DNA of 59,645 bases, counting the filler. It is 7 parts of 7 records of this genome, joined end to end, with 100 filler letters (N's around TTAATTAATTAA, not from the genome) between each part and the next. Parts side by side here need not be neighbours in the genome. Positions count along the whole stretch, not along the records: positions 41,243 to 53,961 come from SRR31156797_31818; positions 54,062 to 59,645 come from SRR31156797_31835; 5 more parts are not named here. One strand, given 5' to 3'. Position numbers and translations under genes: made by a program. Shown here in pieces: positions 51,728 through 59,645 of this stretch. The notes under the pieces are model-generated. The model ran no database searches. It was given only the letters and a program-made list of their open reading frames with translations, and was not told the origin of the DNA. Position 1 is the stretch's first letter, and every line of letters starts with the position of its first letter.

Positions 51728-52666
51728 CTAATAGTTGACCTTGTCAAGACCTTTCAGGTTTAGGGTTTCCCTGGCTTCGTCAGGGGTTGCGGGTTCGAGG
51801 CTCAGCTCCCTTGCAATGTTCAGAACCATTTTGACCTGGTCGGCGCTGGAGGTAGCCTTCTTCCCTTTTCCCGCATGAAGGGAGTCTTCCATGCCGACCC
51901 TGACGTTCGGTGCGCCCATGGCCATGGCCGCGGCTGCCATGGGCATCTGATGTTTACCGGCCCCGGCCACGGACCAGGTGAAATTCCCAGGGCCCAAACG
52001 GTCAACAGCCTCTTCATAAAGCTGGAGCAGATGTTTCACCGATGGCGGCATCCAGCCCGGCAGGGGGCCGAGGACAAACTGAAGATGGGGCGGCAGTTTG
52101 ACCAGTTCCTGTTCCATCAACCAGGTCACATATCCGATATGTCCCAATTCGTAGATCTCAAACTCAGGCTTCGCGTCGGCTTCCAGCATGGTCTCCGCAT
52201 AAAGGATATCATCCTGGAAAGTCGGTTTTATCAGCATGTTCCTTCTGGTAAATTCCAGATAGTCGTCCTCCCAATCCGTTTTGAATTTTCCCTTATACTT
52301 CTTTCCCATTTCAAAGATACCCAGGTTGAAAGGGGCCGGGTCAAAGGAACACATTTCCGGTTTGAGCCTTGCGATCGGTATCAGCTTTTCTTCAACGCTC
52401 TGATTCGGCCCGCCGCCGGTGGTGGGGAGAAGGATCAGGTCGCAACGTTTTTTGATTTTCACATGCACTTCTTCAAACAGATCCGGGTCGGCAGTGGGTT
52501 TGCCGGACTCGGGATCACGCACATGGATATGCGCAATGGCAGCGCCCGCGGCATGGGATTTCACGGCATCCTCAACAATCTGATCCGGGGTGACCGGCAG
52601 ATATTGGCTTTGGGTGGGGATGTGAATTGAACCGGTAATTGCAGCTGTAATGATAATTTTATTCAC
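51728..52666 (-). CDS. Beta-keto acid cleavage enzyme (BKACE/Kce, DUF849)
   Basis: IITAAITG, AGAAIAHIHVRD, KPEFEIYELGH, VRVGMED. Confidence 0.93.
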   Translation of the reverse strand: MNKIIITAAITGSIHIPTQSQYLPVTPDQIVEDAVKSHAAGAAIAHIHVRDPESGKPTADPDLFEEVHVKIKKRCDLILLPTTGGGPNQSVEEKLIPIARLKPEMCSFDPAPFNLGIFEMGKKYKGKFKTDWEDDYLEFTRRNMLIKPTFQDDILYAETMLEADAKPEFEIYELGHIGYVTWLMEQELVKLPPHLQFVLGPLPGWMPPSVKHLLQLYEEAVDRLGPGNFTWSVAGAGKHQMPMAAAAMAMGAPNVRVGMEDSLHAGKGKKATSSADQVKMVLNIARELSLEPATPDEARETLNLKGLDKVNY

Positions 52667-52847
52667 TAAAAATCCTCCTGAATTAAATTTCCAAATTCAC
52701 CATTTCATGGAAAACGGGACGGAATATAGCAGGTCCCATGCGGATTGTTAATCAAAAATTCTACCGGGGATCCGCCATCCCGCCTTTTGCGCAATTAGGC
52801 GTAATACCCTTTTTTGTTAACGGCCGGCGTATGAAGAGGGTTTTCAT

Positions 52848-53961
52848 CTATTCTTCATTTTCTGTCTTGGCAAGAACTTCCCTGATTTTCCGGGCCAGGC
52901 TGTCGGCTGCAAAGGGTTTCTCCAGGAAGTGCAACTCTTCATCCAGAATGCCGTGGCGGGCAATGATGTTGGCCGTGTACCCGGACATGAAAAGCGTTTT
53001 TATTTCCGGCCGAAGTTTAGTGATTCGCTCCGCCAACTCTTTCCCGCTCATTTGGGGCATTACCACGTCGGTCAAGAGTACGTGTATCCTTTCGGAACGG
53101 CCCCGGGCCATCTCCATTGCCTCATCCGGACTGTTTGCCGCGTGTACCGCATACCCCAGCTTTTCCAGCATCAGCCTTGCCATCCTCAGGATACTCGAAT
53201 CATCTTCCACCAGCAGGATGGTCTCTCCCCGCGCTTTGGGGACTTCCGCGGAAGCGGCGTGGGTATCCCGGGCAATGTCTCCCTGATGCCGGGGGATATA
53301 AACTATTACCGTGGTCCCTTTTCCGGGTTCACTGTAAACATTGATGAAGCCCTCGTTCTGTTTGACAATGCCGTAAACCGTGGAAAGACCCAAGCCCGTA
53401 CCTTTTCCGAACCCTTTGCTGGTAAAAAACGGTTCAAAGATTTGGTCCAGGGTCTTTTTGTTCATGCCGCAGCCATTATCGCTTACCGCTATCCTGGCAA
53501 ACTCGCCGGGCACGAAATCCGGGTGTTCGGCACAGTAGAGATCGTTCAATATAACGCTTTTCGTTTCAATGGTGACTTTTCCGACTCCGTTAATGGCATC
53601 CCGAGAATTGACGCACAGATTGGCCAGTATCTGGTCGATCTGGGCAGGGTCCACCTTAACCGGCCATAGATCCGCTTCGGGGCGCCATTCCAAATCAATG
53701 TCTTCGCCGATCAGACGCCTCAGCATCTTGAGCATGCCCGCCAAGGTTTTATTCAGGTCCAGCACCCGGGGCGCAATGGTCTGTTTTCGGGCAAAGGCCA
53801 GTAGCTGACGGGTCAAATCCACGGAGCGTCTGGACGCATCCTGAATGACTTCAAGATCTTCGTAAAGGGGATCCCCCGGTTTCATGTCCATGAGCATCAT
53901 TTGCGTATGCCCCAGGATCACCCCCAGTTTGTTGTTGAAATCATGGGCCACGCCACCGGCC
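52848..53961 (-). CDS. Hybrid histidine kinase/response regulator (CckA-like, 5'-partial)
   Basis: AGGVAHDFNN, QLLAFAR, FEPFFT, GTGLGL, C-terminal REC. Confidence 0.94.
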
Positions 53962-54061
53962 NNNNNNNNNNNNNNNNNNNNNNNNNNNNNNNNNNNNNNN
54001 NNNNNTTAATTAATTAANNNNNNNNNNNNNNNNNNNNNNNNNNNNNNNNNNNNNNNNNNNN
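53962..54061. other. Artificial contig spacer
   Basis: N run with TTAATTAATTAA linker. Confidence 0.99.
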
Positions 54062-55579
54062 CACATCATCCATAATGATCAAATCACTCGGTTTAAGCAG
54101 CGCACGCGCAATGCTTAAACGCTGCTTTTGGCCACCGGAGAGCATTATGCCCTTCTCGCCAACAAGGGTCTGATCGCCTTTTTCAAAACGGGATACATCG
54201 CCTGCCAGCTGACTCAGCTCAAGCACTTCATCAATCTGAGCTTTAGCAGTGTCTGCATCACCACTCCCAAAACGAATATTCTCCTCAACGGTTGCTGAGA
54301 ATAAATAAGGATCCTGTGTCACCGTCTTTATGTAGCGTCGTAAGTCCTTACGGGCGAAGGTCGTCACATCCCTATCACCAAGAAAAATACAACCAGGCGG
54401 AACATTAAGGTGATGGTTCAAGCAATTCACCAGCGTTGTTTTACCCGCACCAATACTGCCCAGCACGCCAATTTTTTTACCAGCAGGAATGTCAAAGCTA
54501 ATATTATTCAGAATTAATTGCTCATTACCCTTATAGCTGAAACTCAGGTTTCGTACCGAAAGTGCCCTGCCCTTCAAATCATCGGCTTCCGATCTGGAAA
54601 GATGTGCCAAATCCTGTTGTGGTATTTCTGCACTCAAGATCGTCTGCACACTTTCAATACTGACCATGCCACGCTGAAAAATGGTTGCTATTCTACCTAA
54701 CTGCATAAGCGGCAATGCCAGTAATACCGAATAGGAAAGAAAAGCAGTAATTTCCCCAATCGTTAACTGTTGCCTCAGCAGCATGTAACCACCAAGCCCA
54801 AGAATCAGAATTTTCATCAGATTATTAGCATAGTCCAGAACGGGTATAATAAATGTTTGAATACGGGTAATCTGTATCCTGCAACGCAGTAAAAGTTGAT
54901 TGTGTTTTTCAGCTTCAGCCTGCACCCAGGGTGACATCTGCTGATTTTTAATCATATCGATACCGGATAAATAATTCATCAATTGAGCAGAAAGATCCTG
55001 CAGACGACGTAAATGCTCTCCATGAAGTTTTTTCAGTCGCTTAAAGCCTATGCGGAAAATCACAAATGCCACTGCAATGGGAACAACCGAATAGAGCGTC
55101 AGTTTAGGCGAAATGCGCCACATCCACAACGGGGTTAATGTAAGCGCACACAGCACATTTATAAGCTGCAGAAAACCAGAGCCAAACAGGAGCCGGACGC
55201 CTGTCAGGTCATTATTGATAATTGAAATGAGTTTTCCCGAGGCGAACTTTTCATGAAAGCTGTTTGGCAGAAGATTGAGCTTTTGCAACAGGTCATTTTT
55301 CAATGCGGCTTCAGTTATGCGACCGGGGTTAAGCGCATATATTCGCGAAAAAATACGAACTACAACCATAGAAGCGGCCATCACCACAACCACCCAAACA
55401 TACCTTGTGAGCTGCTCATGACCAACCTTTGAAGCATCATCAATGAGGTCTATCGCCAGCTGAATATAATGCGGAATTTCTACCTGAAGCCAGTTCACAA
55501 TAAAAATTAGAACAACTGCCAGCATGTATGACTTACGATTCAAGCGCAGGCAATGCGCGATAAACTGTTTTTTATTCAT
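54062..55579 (-). CDS. ABC exporter, fused TMD and NBD (MdlA-like, 3'-partial)
   Basis: TM domain, GSIGAGKTT, LSGGQKQR, IIMDD; AAGGA RBS before ATG 55579. Confidence 0.93.
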
Positions 55580-56373
55580 GCGATTCCTTTTTGGAGGATG
55601 ATCAATGCCGTACTGATCAATACAGGCTTTCACAATGCAGCGGCTCGGCTCACCAATTTCTTCCAGCTCGATCAGCAGGCGTTCTGGCAAATTATGAAAT
55701 TTGCAGATTCCAGGAATTGCTCGCCGACAGTGATATATGCACTACAATGATACACACATACGGTCAAAAGCGTTACCATAAAAGAGTCAAGAACCCCCTT
55801 GAATTTTAAACAAAAACCCCCTCGTTAACTTACCGAAAGCTCCACTTTTCAATGGCAATCTTAATCCACCAGGCACGTCTATATTCTAAAACTATTCCTG
55901 TTCAGATCAGACTATCACTGACCTTGAGACGGCGTTTCGTTAACACTGCGTAAATTCCTAGAGGTACTGGAATGACCTTTTGTTACCACACACAGCGACA
56001 TTGATCATCTTCGTCTTCGCAATGTTAAGTTCAATGATAAGGTACAGACATGAAGAGATGACAAAAGACTCGCACTGGTATAGCTGCAATTGCTAGGAAA
56101 AGTAATTGCTCAGTGGAAAAAAATGGTAACGAGACCGGTGAGATTTTAACGAAATAATGAGTAAGAATTATGAATGAATTTCGAGCAGGTAGATAGAACA
56201 GAAGACTATTGATTAAATAATGTCTCTCTTGCTCACTCACCGACCTGCTATGTGATGCTTGTTTTTATACCTTACACCTCAAAACTAGTGCTGAAAACAT
56301 TAAATGGGAACGATCCTTACGATCGCCACTAATACAATTTTTTTGATGACTGCCCGCTTAAAGGCTTTTAAAA

Positions 56374-57399
56374 TTAGATAATTCGGTTTCTAAGATCGTG
56401 AAAGATTCTTTCGAGAGTGGCAGGATTATCACGTTGGAGCTTTTCCAATTGTTGTTGAACCGAGTTAAACGAGAGGGAGTCTTGAAAACCAGCCATAATC
56501 CCATACCGCCCGATACGCTTTCCTAGAATGAAGTTGTCCTGCAATTGGGGAGTAAGTGCTAGAAACGCATCAATAGTTGATATTAGTTTGCTTTTGTCGT
56601 CAGGAAGAATCCCCTCAAGTTCCGTGAGCAAATTTATGCCGTGAAAGTTACCGTAGTGGCTGTGAATAGTATCAAGCATGTTAAGCAACCTGCGCTGCTC
56701 TTCTATCATCTCGACCTCGGTAAGCATGGTGAACGAGCCGTCTTCAATCATCTTCCCAAGCTCTGTTTGCTGCTTTACAGCAAGGGACATCATTCGTATG
56801 CTGTTGGGCTTGATACTGTTGAGAACGTGAGCTGTTCCCGCTACATGTTCATCCGAAAGCCTCTTGCCCCCAAGACCAAGGATTACAAAAACCATGACGG
56901 ACATACCCGCACTTCTTGCCCGTGACGATGAATGGATAAGGGCGTCCTGGATGACCCCTTTATTTACCATCGTAAGAACCTTGTCCGACCCGGATTCAAT
57001 ACCGCTATAAAGCATATTCAACCCGGCATCGCTTATTTCCCGAATCTCAGCCTCAGACTTCCTCATCATGGACTGTGCCCGGCCATAAGAGCTGATCCGC
57101 TTCAGTGTTGGAAAGGCATTTTTAAGTGCGGTAAGTACTTCGACAAGGTCCTTTGTCCGCATCGCAAACGAGTCACCATCCTGGAGAAAGCAGGTCTCAA
57201 AACGTGCGCCTTCGTAATAGAGTCTGGCTTTTTCTATATCGCTTTTTATCTCATCCACCTTGCGGGTGGAAAATTGCATCCCCTAAAAAAGAGTGCAGAA
57301 ATTACATTTGTTCCAGGGGCAGCCTCTTGTGGTCCTGATAAGAAGACTGTCAGCCTCTGCAGGAGGACGAATTGGGCCTTGTTCGAAGTGAGTCATCAT
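56374..57399 (-). CDS. Radical SAM protein with in-frame TAG at 57285-57283 (readthrough, pseudogene or sequence error)
   Basis: [43 protein letters not shown]... continues in the same frame into FLQDGD, GIESGSD, ILGLGG. Confidence 0.88.
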
Positions 57400-57426
57400 C
57401 GTATTTTTCCTTTTACTTCTTCCGAA

Positions 57427-57717
57427 TTACGCGACCTTAGTCATCTCATTTAATATAAACTCTTCAACTGCACCCTCTGTGGCTTCCATATACTCCTTGA
57501 GGTGCTTGTTACCCATATGCGTTTGCCATAGTTCGCGGGATTCCCAGTTCTCGTAGAAGAGGAAATGTGCGGGGTTCTCGTTATCCTGATGGAGGTCGTA
57601 GTTAATACAGCCTTCTTCTGCACGGGTGATGTCGATCAGTTTAAGAAGTTCAGCCTTTACCAGTTCAAGCTTGTCCGCTTTTGCCTTGATGTTTGCTACA
57701 ATAGTGAGTTTTGCCAT
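57427..57717 (-). CDS. Putative quinol monooxygenase (ABM family)
   Basis: TRAEEGCINYDLHQD, FYENWES, HM..H motif. Confidence 0.92.
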   Translation of the reverse strand: MAKLTIVANIKAKADKLELVKAELLKLIDITRAEEGCINYDLHQDNENPAHFLFYENWESRELWQTHMGNKHLKEYMEATEGAVEEFILNEMTKVA

Positions 57718-57835
57718 TTTCTTATCTCCTTAGTTTTGTTTGATACAGATTGTAACTACTTTTTCCTGTCCGCGTTTCGGAGCTAATACTTGTCTTGCCG
57801 TTCCCCGCGTTGTTGAAAGAGATAGTAAACGTTGA

Positions 57836-57877
57836 TTTATCAGAGATAAACAGTGTATTGTTTGAAACATTCTCAAA
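57836..57877. promoter_or_regulatory. Putative LysR binding palindromes TTTATC-aga-GATAAA and TTTGA-N7-TCAAA
   Basis: T-N11-A dyads in the divergent intergenic region. Confidence 0.45.
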
Positions 57878-57891
57878 AAGGATTTGACAAT

Positions 57892-58827
57892 ATGCTCCTA
57901 GAAGACCTCCAAGTTATCCTTAAGGTAGCGGAATTACATTCGATTACCGCTGCAGCAACCCAGTTAGACCTGAGCACGGCTACAGCCAGTGCGGCAGTGA
58001 AACGGGTAGAAAAGGCTCTTGGTGTGGAGTTATTTATTCGCACAACCAGGAATTTAAGGCTTTCCACGGCGGGTGAACGATATCTCCCGCAATGCGAACA
58101 GGCGTTAAATACACTCGATCAGGCAAAGCAGCAGATTAAAAATGATCTCAATATTGTCGATGGTGAACTGAGGATAGCACTCTCATCGGATCTTGGCAGG
58201 AATCAGGTTACGCCATGGCTCGACGAGTTTATGGATCAGTATCCGGATGTCAGGGTGCGGCTCAACATGAGTGACAGTAACGTGGATTTTTTCCGGGATT
58301 CAATAGATATCGCCTTACGGTATGGATCACCTGATGATGCCAATCTCTACGGGTTTAAGATATGCAATGTTCCACGACTTCTCTGCGCATCTCCGGCGTA
58401 TCTTAACCAACATGGAACCCCCACCCACCCCCACGACCTTGCTTCGCATAACGGCCTCCTTTACCAGTTATACGATGTTATTCACGATGTTTGGAAATTT
58501 GAAAGTAATGGGGCTGAATATAAAATAAAAATGAAGAGCAACCGTGCCACCAATGACGGAGATCTCGTTAGAAAATGGTGTGTTGCCGGTAAGGGGCTTG
58601 CAGTGAAATCCTGCCTTGATATGTCCTCGGATTTATTATCTGAAAATGTTCAGAGTATTATGCCCGAATTCAAACCGACGCCAACCGAACTATGGCTTGT
58701 CTTTCCAAGTAGGCAGCTCATAACACCGGCCGCAAGATTATTAAGAGAGACGCTAAGATTGAAATGTACCAACGTTTTGAAAAATCTTATCAAAAAGGGC
58801 ATTTTGAACAATGAAGTTCTTGGCTAA
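57892..58827 (+). CDS. LysR-family regulator (CrgA-like)
   Basis: SITAAATQL, LFIRTTRNLRLS, IDIALRYG. Confidence 0.93.
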   Translation: MLLEDLQVILKVAELHSITAAATQLDLSTATASAAVKRVEKALGVELFIRTTRNLRLSTAGERYLPQCEQALNTLDQAKQQIKNDLNIVDGELRIALSSDLGRNQVTPWLDEFMDQYPDVRVRLNMSDSNVDFFRDSIDIALRYGSPDDANLYGFKICNVPRLLCASPAYLNQHGTPTHPHDLASHNGLLYQLYDVIHDVWKFESNGAEYKIKMKSNRATNDGDLVRKWCVAGKGLAVKSCLDMSSDLLSENVQSIMPEFKPTPTELWLVFPSRQLITPAARLLRETLRLKCTNVLKNLIKKGILNNEVLG

Positions 58828-59022
58828 GTAAACACTCAAATACAACCTCCTTTTCCCCACAATACACTGCCCCCTATTGCTTTATCGTTGCTTACTTGCC
58901 AGCTTATTGGCTGATGGATAAATATAACAATCGCTTCAAATTAGCTCGCCGGGAAGACCTCAAGCCTGAACACCACCTCTGAGTCAAGATGTGTATAAGA
59001 TACTCGCAGGGAAAGGTACTGC

Positions 59023-59057
59023 AAAAAAGGGCACCTGTAGATGATAAAGGTGCCCTT
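59023..59057 (-). terminator. Intrinsic terminator of DUF4242 gene
   Basis: AAGGGCACCT/AGGTGCCCTT stem plus T run on minus strand. Confidence 0.75.
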
Positions 59058-59089
59058 GTGGGTAGGACAGAATGGTTTACGCCATATGA

Positions 59090-59362
59090 TTATTCAGCGG
59101 TGGTAGGATCAATTGTTGTTTGTACGGCAGCAACACTATTAGCAGGAAATCCGCCTTGCTCGGCATGTTTCCGTACAGAAGCTTCATCCGGTGCAATATA
59201 GACACAATAAATTTTATCATCGGTTACATAACTCTGAACCCACTGGATTTTAGGCCCCATCTCCTCCAGCACCCCACAAGATGTCTGAGAAATAGACTTT
59301 AATTCCTCAGCAGTCAAGTTCCCGGCTCCTGGAATTTCACGTTCAATTATGTATTTTGGCAT
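59090..59362 (-). CDS. DUF4242 domain protein
   Basis: MPKYIIEREIPGAG, IQWVQSYV, KIYCVYIAP, HAEQGGFPA. Confidence 0.9.
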   Translation of the reverse strand: MPKYIIEREIPGAGNLTAEELKSISQTSCGVLEEMGPKIQWVQSYVTDDKIYCVYIAPDEASVRKHAEQGGFPANSVAAVQTTIDPTTAE

Positions 59363-59645
59363 GCAAGCATCCTCGTTGTTATGAATAGGAGCTATTCATT
59401 ATTTATTGAAGGCGGCATAACGGGTAAACAGAAAACACCCCTGCCTGTCGAAAAGTTATCGACACTCAACCTCTTTTCTATCTACACAGAAAAGCTATCC
59501 TCCACAATGGATATCTCTTTCATCTCACAAAAGAGTAATAGATGACAGAATGTTGCAACCTCAAGTCTATCAGGCATGTTTTACACCTAAGCACTGCTTG
59601 ACAAGTGCACTCTTCAGAATTAAATGTGCATATGCACATTTAATT

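Noticed and set aside
34750-53808. Many 60-260 aa antisense or overlapping ORFs in the GC-rich contigs
   Set aside because: Shadow ORFs expected at high GC; no recognisable motifs.
55800-56370. 570-nt intergenic region, with ORF 56031..56240 or a possible ncRNA
   Set aside because: No recognisable protein remnant, RNA motif or strong structure by eye.
58922-58960. ATATAACAATCGCTTCAAA resembling the left half of an attC site
   Set aside because: No complementary right half or GTT core at a suitable distance, and not adjacent to a stop codon.

Overview
This window is not one locus. It is seven unrelated contigs joined by 100-nt N-spacers, each carrying the artificial all-frame stop linker TTAATTAATTAA, so gene context must not be read across joins. 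Taxonomy below is inferred from composition and gene content. (1) 1-6595, Bacteroidota-like: two lipoprotein genes bracketed by inverted recombination-site-like repeats, a TPR histidine kinase/LytTR pair, a stand-alone LytTR protein and a lipoprotein/OMP operon with 21-bp-spaced LytTR-type boxes, and a partial SLC13 transporter. (2) 6696-12632, Bacteroidota-like: degenerate 22-bp repeats, an unknown helical plus Ig-like protein, a Gabija-like OLD nuclease plus UvrD helicase (helicase frameshifted), and a partial S8 protease. (3) 12733-22459, very AT-rich: two MalT-like STAND/LuxR activators and a TACTT(T/A)AGTA box exactly 25 nt upstream of a -10 hexamer at three promoters. One of these promoters drives three unannotated micro-ORFs (25, 46 and 53 aa) upstream of a PLP-dependent decarboxylase; this is the best candidate for an undescribed system. 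(4) 22560-34077, Bacillota-like: a >3370-aa cadherin/Ig-repeat surface protein, rpsI and rplM. (5) 34178-41142, spirochaete-like: phosphate uptake genes, regulators, a two-component system and an RND pump. (6) 41243-53961, Desulfobacterota-like mixed accessory and metabolic genes. (7) 54062-59645: ABC exporter, radical SAM gene with an in-frame TAG just after its Cys motif, quinol monooxygenase, LysR and DUF4242. No rRNA, tRNA, CRISPR array, integrase or transposase gene was recognised. All product calls come from motif recognition by eye, not database searches.
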